From NCBI GenBank assembly GCA_045612185.1, contig JAZKYO010000045.1, positions 18,389 to 82,388 on the forward strand: a stretch of 64,000 nucleotides of DNA, in the 5' to 3' direction. How positions within the stretch are numbered: position 1 is the first letter of the stretch; every line of letters begins with the position of its first letter. Positions 53,276 through 61,539 of the stretch are shown here, one piece after another. Made by a program: the position numbers and the translations under genes. Under the pieces are notes generated by a model. The model had not been told where the DNA came from. It did not search any database and saw only the letters and a list, made by a program, of their open reading frames with translations. Source of the DNA: Eubacteriales bacterium (GTDB lineage Bacteria > Bacillota > Clostridia > Oscillospirales > CAG-272).

Positions 53276-55228
53276 ATGTGCGGAAAATGGATATGGAGAT
53301 ATAGAGATTTTGAGTTTTATAACGCAAAAAAATATTTACTGGCGCGTGAAGAAAGAGGAAAAAAGGTTCCGGCTTTTTATGAAATCCCCCATTATTCAAC
53401 CTCGGTAAGATTTTCTAAGACAGTCAGTCTTGCAAAAAGCGAAATTATAAGTATAACGTCAGACGGAGATGCGTGTATATCTATTGACGGAGAACGAATT
53501 AACGGATGCGATAGCTTCGTTATGCCCGAAGGAGAACACAGACTCCTGATCGCTGTAGGAAATGATGAGGGAATGTGTGCGTTGTTGGTTGAAGGAGAAA
53601 CTGTTTTTTCTGATGAAAGCTGGATTGCCGATTCTTACGACGGTATTTGGGAGCCTGTCGGTACCTCAAGGCTTTGTTTCGACAAAAACACGTTGCCTTC
53701 GAATTACTCGTTTCCCGAAAAAGAGGTTAAAATAGCCGCAGACAAAACAAACGGAAACGAACGAATTATTGATTTCGGAATAAATACCTTTGTCAGAATC
53801 GAACTTAAAAACGTAGAGACGGACATTAAAATATTCTATGGCGAAAGCATTGAGGAAACCTATAGTGACAGATGTGTTATTTTGGATTCGGTTGCAAAAT
53901 GTGATTTTGTATCGCTTCCGGAGCGAGCTTGCCAATTTGTCCGCTTTGTCGGTGCTACGTCTTTTGAGATTAAAGCATTTAATCCATATAATCCCATAAA
54001 TGATATTTCTCACTTCGAGTGTGACAGCGAACTTTTAAACAGGATATATGACGTATCAAAATATACACTGTCTCTGTGTTCAAGAATGTTTTGGCTTGAC
54101 GGAATAAAACGTGACAGATGGCCTTGGGCGGGAGACGCTTATATAACCGCAAAAATGGATATGTATTCATTCTTCGACACTGATATTGCAAGAAGAACGC
54201 TTATAGCGCTCAGAGGGAATACAGACGTAAAGATGCCGGTGAATAATATTCTTGAATATTCGTTTTATTGGTTTTTGCTTCTTAGGGATTATTATTTTAA
54301 TACAGGCGATAAAAGCTTTGTTGAAAAGAACTATATTTACGCCAAACGCCTTATTGAATACTACATCAAGAGAACAAATAAATACGGATTTATTCCTCCT
54401 GTGAGCGGTGTTTGGCTGTTTATTGACTGGCATGATATGGACAAAGCGGGCGATGTTTGCTGTGTCCAGATGTTGTACGGAAAAGCACTTGAATGTATGG
54501 CTGAATTTGCGAAAATATGCGGTAAGAATGATGAAAGCGCATATTTTGCTTCTCTTTACCGTGAGCTTGCCGATAAAATAAACGAACATTTTTGGAACGG
54601 TACGGCGTATGTTTCAGTTCTGAAAAACGGTGTTCGCTCCGAGCAGATCAGACGGCATCAGAATTATTTTGGAATTTTGTTTGGTTACGCTAACGAAGAA
54701 AAAACAAAATCTATTATAGATAACGTCTTGTTAAATGATGAGATTCCTTATATTACAACCCCATTTTTCAAATTCTTTGAGTACGACGTTCTTTTTAAAT
54801 GCGGATATTTTGATAAGGCATTTGAAGGAATAAAGGAGTATTGGGGCGGAATAGTCAATTTAGGCGCGTCAACCGTTTGGGAGGAATTTGATCCTAACAT
54901 GAACGGGACAGAACATTACGCAATGTACGGTGAGCCTTTTGACAAAAGCCTATGTCACGCGTGGGGCGCGGGTCCGATTTATTTTATAGGCAGATATCTG
55001 GTTGGGTTGCGTCCCACCGATATTGGTTATAAATCGTTTGAATTGGAACCTAAACTCAATATCGGTAACTATAAAGCTGCACTTCCGATTATGAATGGTT
55101 GTGTCAAGATAGAAGTCAAAGACGGCAATCTTACTGTGGTTTCCGATGTCGACGGCGGTATATTGAAGGCAAAAGGAAAAATTATTGAGCTGAAAAAGAA
55201 TGACAAGGTCAATGTATATTACCATTAA
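53276..55228 (+). CDS. GH78-like alpha-L-rhamnosidase family (six-hairpin) glycoside hydrolase
   Basis: 650 aa. DGIKRDRWPWAGDAY (compare D-x-P-x-R-[DE]-R-x-G-W-x-GD) and the C-terminal TVWEEFDP...SLCHAWGAGPIYFIGRYLVGLRP. AGGAGG RBS. Confidence 0.6.
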   Translation: MCGKWIWRYRDFEFYNAKKYLLAREERGKKVPAFYEIPHYSTSVRFSKTVSLAKSEIISITSDGDACISIDGERINGCDSFVMPEGEHRLLIAVGNDEGMCALLVEGETVFSDESWIADSYDGIWEPVGTSRLCFDKNTLPSNYSFPEKEVKIAADKTNGNERIIDFGINTFVRIELKNVETDIKIFYGESIEETYSDRCVILDSVAKCDFVSLPERACQFVRFVGATSFEIKAFNPYNPINDISHFECDSELLNRIYDVSKYTLSLCSRMFWLDGIKRDRWPWAGDAYITAKMDMYSFFDTDIARRTLIALRGNTDVKMPVNNILEYSFYWFLLLRDYYFNTGDKSFVEKNYIYAKRLIEYYIKRTNKYGFIPPVSGVWLFIDWHDMDKAGDVCCVQMLYGKALECMAEFAKICGKNDESAYFASLYRELADKINEHFWNGTAYVSVLKNGVRSEQIRRHQNYFGILFGYANEEKTKSIIDNVLLNDEIPYITTPFFKFFEYDVLFKCGYFDKAFEGIKEYWGGIVNLGASTVWEEFDPNMNGTEHYAMYGEPFDKSLCHAWGAGPIYFIGRYLVGLRPTDIGYKSFELEPKLNIGNYKAALPIMNGCVKIEVKDGNLTVVSDVDGGILKAKGKIIELKKNDKVNVYYH

Positions 55229-55282
55229 GCATATAGGCATACATATAGCCCCGTATGCCATTTTAAAACTGATATACACGCG

Positions 55283-55360
55283 ATTGAAGCTTCCGGTTTT
55301 TAAGGCTACCCAAAAGCTTACAAAGTCTTATACCGCAAGCCCCTTGATGCAAATCCACAA
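55283..55360 (+). repeat. Modular intergenic repeat, copy J (module X only)
   Basis: TGAAGCTTCCGGTTTTTAAGGCTACCCAAAAGCTTACAAAGTCTTATACCGCAAGCCCCTTGATGCAAATCCACAATAAAT aligns with 1918-2012 (copy A, next to the integrase fragment) and with 28669-28765. Confidence 0.6.
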
Positions 55361-55361
55361 T

Positions 55362-55390
55362 AAATATCCCCCGTTTTACGGGGGATATTT
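55362..55390. terminator. Bidirectional terminator between convergent genes
   Basis: AAATATCCCCC-GTTTTAC-GGGGGATATTT has A/T-rich flanks on both sides and lies between 53276..55228 (+) and 55392..58706 (-). Confidence 0.7.
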
Positions 55391-55391
55391 A

Positions 55392-58300
55392 TTATTTGCC
55401 ATATTTAGCGTCAAAATACTCGATAAGCTTATAAACGTTCTTGTTTATCTGTACCATGTCGTCGGTAAGGGCTGTGTATTCCTCGTGCTTGTTGTTTACA
55501 ATTCCTTTGTTTGAATCACGGCTGGTGGTATCGGTGGCATTTGCCTTGGGGTCGTTGTCGGTATATTGGAACCATTGCCAACCTACGCAGTTTTTCGCCT
55601 CAAGCATACGGAGCGTGAAGTTCTGATAGAACAGACCTCTGTCCTCTTGGGTGTTTACGTAGAAGCCCGCGCCGTCCTTGCTTGCGAGATTGTCAAAGGT
55701 ATCCGAGGATTTTGCGTAGAACTCGGTTACCATAAAGGGAATACCCGCGTATCGCGCAAAGTCGTAAATGAACTCTGCCTGCGGCTCCCATGCGGCGTAC
55801 CAGTTAATCGTAAGAATATCAAGATACTCGCCCGAAACGCGAAGCACCCATTCGGATTCCTTTACCGCGTGGAGATATTTTGTTCCTGCGTAAAGGTGGT
55901 TGGTGTCATACTTTTCTATGGCGTTCTTCACAACGTGGTAGTATCTGTCCCAAACAAATCCGCGGAAAAGGTCCATCATCTCGCTGGTAAGGTCTTGGTC
56001 TGTGATATACTCTTTACCGGTCATTTCGGTTATCCAATACCATGCGCAGGCGTATGAGTAGCGGTTGATTTTCTTGTATGGGTCGACAGTAAGAAAGTCG
56101 CGGAGCATGGTAAGGTCCATGGGAAGCTCGTTGTCGGTTATGTAAGCTATCATGTTTTTATCGTCGGGGACAACGTTCGTCTTTGCCATGTCGTCAACGT
56201 ATGTCTCAAAATCGGGATTGAATACCGGCATGGTGTTGTTTTCCGAGAATCTTGCCTGACCGCCCGTGGTGGCATTAAGCCCATTGGCTGTGCCGTAGCC
56301 TATCATTGGGCTGAAACGTTTGAAATAGGAGAGACCGCCCTCAACGCTGCGAAGCACCGAATCAGAGGTCATTTCGCAGTTGAAGAGAAGGTCGTCTTTG
56401 AGATGTCTTGTGGTGGATATTGCCCATCTTTCGGGGGTGCCGAATTTTTCAAGAATGGCGTTCTTTTGCGTTGGGGAGTTTTTGTATGCTACGGTGACTC
56501 CGCTCATGCTTCTTAACACGCACGGATATCCGAGAGGATCTATAACCCACCATCTGCCGTTGATTTTTGTTGTATAGAAAAAGCCTGTTGCCTTTTGACG
56601 AAGCGCGTTATCAACAATTCCGCCGTAAACGTCAAATTTGGCGTCGGTGGATGCCGAGAAGCCCTTGAGGGCGTCTAACGTTCTCGTGGGTTGCTCTGTA
56701 AATTCCTTTGAGGGATTGTTTCCGGGGGACATTACGGTTTTGGTAAACTCACTCATGTCGGATTGAATAAGAGAAGCGTTGCCAAGGGGCTTTGCTTTCA
56801 TTTTTTCGTAGCGAACGTACCATTCGTCGTACATTTGCTTTGCTCTGTCCCATATCGCTTTGTTTTCTGCCTCGTCATTTACAAGCTGCTTTACAAAGGT
56901 TCTACCCGCGGAAATCTGATTTTCTTTATAGACCTTAAAGTGTGGCATCGTGGATGCGGTGGGGGATGACGTGTCAATGGTGGTTACTCCCTCGGTTTCG
57001 TCTATCTGCACAAGCATAATAGAGAAGTTTGTTTTGCCGTCAAAAAGCATATCCTCCACAAACTCTGTTACGTCTACCGCGGCAAAGCTGTTAAGCACGG
57101 CGTTTGCTATTACAGGTGTTTCATTGAGCTTTTTGGGTTGGGTATCCCAGGTTACCTTTCCCGAGGTCCAGTTATCATCAACAAGATATACGTCAAAATG
57201 AACGGCGGGAGACTTTTGTATGGCTGTAAATGTCAGCGACAGCTCCGCAAATCCCACTTCAAGGACGTTGAGCCCCGAAAGATCGAATTTGAAGAGGGCG
57301 CGGCGTGCAACGTCGTTCTTCCAAAGTCCGTTCTTTATGTGGAGACCGTCCGCCAGATTTTCCTCGGCGTTAATGGTTCTCCAGTTCTTTTTGCTGTATT
57401 TGCCGCCTCTTACGTAAGCGTATTCGGTTGCATAGAAGCTTCTCATAGGTAGGTCCTCCTTTGGGGTATCGGTGGGGGTGTCGGTTGCGTTGCCGGAACC
57501 TGCGGTTATAATGAGATGAGGCATTTCTCCGTCTCCGAGCTTGGAAAATTCTATTTGCGTCTCGCTTACCGTTTCAACAGATTGAAGTATCATAAGCGTC
57601 ATTTCTTTTTCGCCCTTTTGTATCATTGTGTAAAGGGCAGACGTGACGTCGGCTGTGGTTGTATTTAAAATAACGTCGTCAGCGATAGGCGTGCTGTTTA
57701 GCTTTGCGGGCTGGGAGGAGTAGGTTATCATGCCATCGTCCCAGACGTTTGACACAAGGAATACCTTAAACGGCACTTCTGTGTCGGATTGGATTTTGGT
57801 GAATTTTATTGCAAGCTCAGCTTTACTTACGTTTTCGGTTGTAAGTCCGGATATATCGAATTTGAGATATGTATGGCGTGTGGAGCTGCTTACCTTGTGA
57901 CCGTTTTTGATGATAAGCATTTCGCCAAGACCGCGCTCCTCAAGAATATCGCGCCAATTTTTGTCTTTCCAGTCGTTGCCGCGCACGTAGGCGTACTCTG
58001 AGGCGTAAAGCCTGCCCATGCTGTCAATGCCCGATGTGCTTGGATCCGAGCCTGCCGACGTGCCCGTGCTTATAATCAGTCTCGGCATTTCCTCGGCTTT
58101 AAGCTTTGAAAATTCAATCTGCGTTTCGCTTACCGTTTCAATTGTCTGAGAAATCATAAGCGTAACGCACCTGTCGCCTTGGCGAAGGGCGGTTTTTATG
58201 GCGGAGGTAACGTCGGCTGTTTCGTTTTTGAAAATAACGTCCGACGCAATGGGAGTGCTGTCAATCTTGGCAGGTTGATTTGAGTAGGTAATTTCGTTTT

Positions 58301-58706
58301 CTTTCCAGTCGTTTGACACAAGGAACACCTTAAACGGAACGTCGGTGTCGGTTTGTATCTTGGTGAAGTTCAGCGCCAGCTCTACCTTTTTCAAGTCATC
58401 GGAAGAAATCGAAGACAGGTCAAATCTGAGGAAGGTGTGGCGTGTGGAGCTGCTTACCTTGTGACCGTTTTTGATGATGAGCATTTCACCAAGACCGCGC
58501 TCCGCAAGAATATCGCGCCAATTTTTGTCTTTCCAGTCGTTGCCGCGCACATAGGCGTATTCGGTGGCGTATATCGTGCTCGGTGAATTGCCTGTGGCGC
58601 TTGTCAGAACGACGTCATCGCTTGACAGTATATTCTGCGGCACTGCCCCGCAGGAGCACTCAAGCAACATTATCACTGTAAGTAAAAGGACAAAAATTCT
58701 TTTCAT
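55392..58706 (-). CDS. Secreted/lipoprotein with three DNRLRE-type domains + clan GH-A (GH50-like) catalytic domain
   Basis: Preferred start MKRIFVLLLTVIMLLECSCGAV (58706, AAAGGAGAG RBS). Three repeats of Y-A-[TS]-E-Y-A-Y-V-R-G...F-[LK]-[RK]-F-D-[LI]-S...W...[IV]-T-[YW]. The C-terminal domain is paralogous to 23820..26075 (ITDNELP, PFMVTEFY, GWQWFQYTDNDP). Confidence 0.7.
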   Translation of the reverse strand: MKRIFVLLLTVIMLLECSCGAVPQNILSSDDVVLTSATGNSPSTIYATEYAYVRGNDWKDKNWRDILAERGLGEMLIIKNGHKVSSSTRHTFLRFDLSSISSDDLKKVELALNFTKIQTDTDVPFKVFLVSNDWKENEITYSNQPAKIDSTPIASDVIFKNETADVTSAIKTALRQGDRCVTLMISQTIETVSETQIEFSKLKAEEMPRLIISTGTSAGSDPSTSGIDSMGRLYASEYAYVRGNDWKDKNWRDILEERGLGEMLIIKNGHKVSSSTRHTYLKFDISGLTTENVSKAELAIKFTKIQSDTEVPFKVFLVSNVWDDGMITYSSQPAKLNSTPIADDVILNTTTADVTSALYTMIQKGEKEMTLMILQSVETVSETQIEFSKLGDGEMPHLIITAGSGNATDTPTDTPKEDLPMRSFYATEYAYVRGGKYSKKNWRTINAEENLADGLHIKNGLWKNDVARRALFKFDLSGLNVLEVGFAELSLTFTAIQKSPAVHFDVYLVDDNWTSGKVTWDTQPKKLNETPVIANAVLNSFAAVDVTEFVEDMLFDGKTNFSIMLVQIDETEGVTTIDTSSPTASTMPHFKVYKENQISAGRTFVKQLVNDEAENKAIWDRAKQMYDEWYVRYEKMKAKPLGNASLIQSDMSEFTKTVMSPGNNPSKEFTEQPTRTLDALKGFSASTDAKFDVYGGIVDNALRQKATGFFYTTKINGRWWVIDPLGYPCVLRSMSGVTVAYKNSPTQKNAILEKFGTPERWAISTTRHLKDDLLFNCEMTSDSVLRSVEGGLSYFKRFSPMIGYGTANGLNATTGGQARFSENNTMPVFNPDFETYVDDMAKTNVVPDDKNMIAYITDNELPMDLTMLRDFLTVDPYKKINRYSYACAWYWITEMTGKEYITDQDLTSEMMDLFRGFVWDRYYHVVKNAIEKYDTNHLYAGTKYLHAVKESEWVLRVSGEYLDILTINWYAAWEPQAEFIYDFARYAGIPFMVTEFYAKSSDTFDNLASKDGAGFYVNTQEDRGLFYQNFTLRMLEAKNCVGWQWFQYTDNDPKANATDTTSRDSNKGIVNNKHEEYTALTDDMVQINKNVYKLIEYFDAKYGK

Positions 58707-58895
58707 AACAACTCTCCTTTTGGGTTTTATAGTTTTATTATACAATAAAAATGAACAAATGTAAATATTCTTGTGCAAAAAGAATGACATTTACAAACAA
58801 GAATTTTGTATATACAAACTTCCTTTTATTTCTGATTTGTAAAAACAGAAAAGCACTGGATCGTTAACGAACCAATGCTTTTTTATTGTGACTTG

Positions 58896-59633
58896 TTACA
58901 TTGTTTTTCTGCAACCGTCTATTTGAATATTTTGACCTGAGATGTAGGATGCTTCGTCGCTCGCAAGGAAGCAGATAAGATTGGCGTTTTCCATATCCGT
59001 GCCCGTTCTGCCCATGAAAGGGAGGGGGGACTCAACCGAGAAATTGTAATCAAGGTTTTCTCCGGGACTAACGCTTCCGGGAGACACGCTGTTTACAAGA
59101 ATACCTTTTTTGGCAACCTCTTTGGCAAGTGATTTTGTCATTGCGATCACCGCGGCCTTGGTAGCTGAGTAGGGAGCCATGCTGTTAATTCCGTATACTC
59201 CCGCTACAGACGCTACGTTAATTATTCTGCCGTATTTGTTTTCCAGCATGTTATTAAGAAAAGCTTTGGTGACGTACATTGTACCCATAACGTTAACGTC
59301 AAAGAATTTCTTCCATGTGTCTGTGGGAACGTCTATAAAGTTGCAGTGATATTTCCATAGCGCCGCGTTATTTACGAGAATATCCACCTTCCCGAATTTT
59401 TTTAATACTTCCTCAGCCGCCTCGTTTACTCTTGCCTCGTTGCTTATGTCGCATTCAAGACACAAGATGTCTTTTGTGTATTCCTCAAGCTCGCCTTTGA
59501 GTCGCAAAAGCTCGTCTGTGTTTATATCAAAAGCTACTACGTTAGCACCTTCCATAGCAAGCTTAAGCGCAACTGCTCTGCCTATTCCGCGTGCCGCGCC
59601 TGTAACTACCGCCGTTTTGCCCGTAAATCTCAT
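58896..59633 (-). CDS. Short-chain dehydrogenase/reductase (SDR)
   Basis: TGAARGIGRAVA (T-G-x3-G-x-G), NNAA, YSATKAA (Y-x3-K). 245 aa. Confidence 0.85.
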   Translation of the reverse strand: MRFTGKTAVVTGAARGIGRAVALKLAMEGANVVAFDINTDELLRLKGELEEYTKDILCLECDISNEARVNEAAEEVLKKFGKVDILVNNAALWKYHCNFIDVPTDTWKKFFDVNVMGTMYVTKAFLNNMLENKYGRIINVASVAGVYGINSMAPYSATKAAVIAMTKSLAKEVAKKGILVNSVSPGSVSPGENLDYNFSVESPLPFMGRTGTDMENANLICFLASDEASYISGQNIQIDGCRKTM

Positions 59634-59740
59634 AGTAAAACCTCCGTTTTTCTTTTATTATAACATTATCGCAATATTACGGTAAATGTCAATTGCTATA
59701 TTATATTTAGCTTAAATGATACTTATTCTTGCGTTTTATA

Positions 59741-59769
59741 TTGACTTGTTGTCGTGCCTATGATATAAT
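59741..59769 (+). promoter_or_regulatory. Promoter of the AraC gene at 59790
   Basis: TTGACT (59741-59746), 17 nt, TGaTATAAT (TATAAT 59764-59769). Confidence 0.5.
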
Positions 59770-59789
59770 GTAAACAAGAGGTGAGGATT

Positions 59790-60533
59790 GTGAATGTTGA
59801 GGATTTTGTTATAATAGAGTTTAACAATATATATACGGCAAACAATCAGAAAGGAAAGCTGATTGAACTAAAAAACAGACATTGCTCTTGTTTTATCGTA
59901 ACCCTTAGCGGCAGTATAAAATTTACGTATGAAGGCGGAAGCGTTGTGGTTGACAGTACGCACCCGGTTTTTATTCCGGAAGGGTTAAGTTATATAAACG
60001 AGTGCCTTGAGGACGCCCAAAGTTTGGTTTTCGGTTTTCATACGCTTGATAAATATCAATTTCCGTTCGTTCTTTCACATATTTCACATAGGCTGGCAGA
60101 AGAGAGGTACGAGGCGATTGAAAAAGCTCTTATGTCGGGGGCGCGTGAAAAGTCGATGCTCGTGCTTGGTGAGCTGTATTCGTTGGCGGCATTACTTTTT
60201 TCGGCATCAGAAAAGCTCTCATCGGGAGACGTTATAATAAAAAAAGCAACCGAATATATTTATTCAAATTACAGTGATCCGACGCTCACCGTGTCTGCTG
60301 TGGCAGAGCAATGCTTCGTCAGTGAGATATACCTCAGAAAGCTTTTCGGCAAGAAGCTTGGGATAGCGCCTTTTAAATTTATCACCGAAGTCAGAATGTC
60401 CCGCGCAGAGGGGTTGGCAAGAGAACGTATTCCGGTTAAAGAAATAGCTGTCTCCGTGGGCTTTTCCGATATTTATCAGTTCAGCCGCGCGTACAAAAAG
60501 TATTTTGGGTATCCGCCGTCGGAAACGATTTGA
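59790..60533 (+). CDS. AraC/XylS family transcriptional regulator
   Basis: C-terminus: ...LTVSAVAEQCFVSEIYLRKLFGKKLGIAPFKFITEVRMSRAEGLARERIPVKEIAVSVGFSDIYQFSRAYKKYFGYPPSE. I prefer GTG 59790 (GAGGTGAGG RBS) because the tracked GTG 59781 lies within about 12 nt of the -10. Confidence 0.8.
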   Translation: MNVEDFVIIEFNNIYTANNQKGKLIELKNRHCSCFIVTLSGSIKFTYEGGSVVVDSTHPVFIPEGLSYINECLEDAQSLVFGFHTLDKYQFPFVLSHISHRLAEERYEAIEKALMSGAREKSMLVLGELYSLAALLFSASEKLSSGDVIIKKATEYIYSNYSDPTLTVSAVAEQCFVSEIYLRKLFGKKLGIAPFKFITEVRMSRAEGLARERIPVKEIAVSVGFSDIYQFSRAYKKYFGYPPSETI

Positions 60534-60557
60534 GCAGCGTTTGCCTATAATTCAATC

Positions 60558-60588
60558 AAAAAGACGGAGTTTTTTCTCCGTCTTTTTT
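60558..60588. terminator. Bidirectional terminator between the two convergent AraC genes
   Basis: AAAAAGACGGAG-TTTTTT-CTCCGTCTTTTT. Confidence 0.75.
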
Positions 60589-60611
60589 ATAGCTTGTCAG
60601 CGGATACTTGC

Positions 60612-61391
60612 CTAGGCGTTACGCTTCGCATATTGTGAGGGCGCTTTTCCGGTGTGCTTTTTGAAGAATCGGCTGAAATACGCTGCGTTTTCAAATCCCA
60701 CAGCAAGCGCTACCTCTCTTACCGACACCCCTCCCGCGGCAAGCATAGCAGAGGCTCTCCTGATAATAATTCTGTCGCGGTACTCAAGCGGAGACGTGCC
60801 GAATTCTTCTCCAAACAGCTCGTAAAAGCGTGAGGTACTTAAGAAGCATAGCTCCGCAAGGTCGGCACATCTTACCTCAAGCGTAATATTTTCTTGCAAA
60901 TATCTTACCGCCGGCATCAATCGGCGGGCGTCACGACTGACGTCACGTTGCTTGAGGCAGGAAAATACCGCGCATAGCTTTTGCATTCTCGCGACAGAGT
61001 CCTCGTCTATCCCGAAATCCCTTTCAAGCGATGTAATCGCCTCCGCGCACTCTGTCGGGGCGTTATCGGTAATTTTTAACGGCCTGTCGGAAAAGAGTGC
61101 AACTTCATTGTTTACACGCACCGTAAAATCCACTCGGTAAAAGCTTATGCTTTCACTCGTAATTGTTAAGTTGTGCCGAGAACCGAAAGGAAGATAAGTG
61201 ACTCCTCCTTTTTTTAGCGAAAACTCGCCGCCCTCAAATTCAAATTTACAGCTCCCCTCCAATATATACAGAAAGCCGTTGCACAGACGGTTTTTCTGCG
61301 CAAGAAAACGGTATTGTGGACTTTGCAGCATAACCTTGATATCGGACAAGGAAAATTCATGCTTTCGTAACTCGTCAAACGGCAAAATCAT
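60612..61391 (-). CDS. AraC/XylS family transcriptional regulator
   Basis: 259 aa. ...CADLAELCFLSTSRFYELFGEEFGTSPLEYRDRIIIRRASAMLAAGGVSVREVALAVGFENAAYFSRFFKKHTGKAPSQY. Confidence 0.85.
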   Translation of the reverse strand: MILPFDELRKHEFSLSDIKVMLQSPQYRFLAQKNRLCNGFLYILEGSCKFEFEGGEFSLKKGGVTYLPFGSRHNLTITSESISFYRVDFTVRVNNEVALFSDRPLKITDNAPTECAEAITSLERDFGIDEDSVARMQKLCAVFSCLKQRDVSRDARRLMPAVRYLQENITLEVRCADLAELCFLSTSRFYELFGEEFGTSPLEYRDRIIIRRASAMLAAGGVSVREVALAVGFENAAYFSRFFKKHTGKAPSQYAKRNA

Positions 61392-61539
61392 GTTATCACT
61401 CCTTTTTTAAAAGTATACCACAACAAGACTTCCGTGTCAATCAACAATCGGAAAATTGTGCAAATAAGCCGTAATATTCTTCATTGATTTTGGGGATATT
61501 TTGTGATAAAATCAAATCAACAAACATTGGAGGTGCGTT

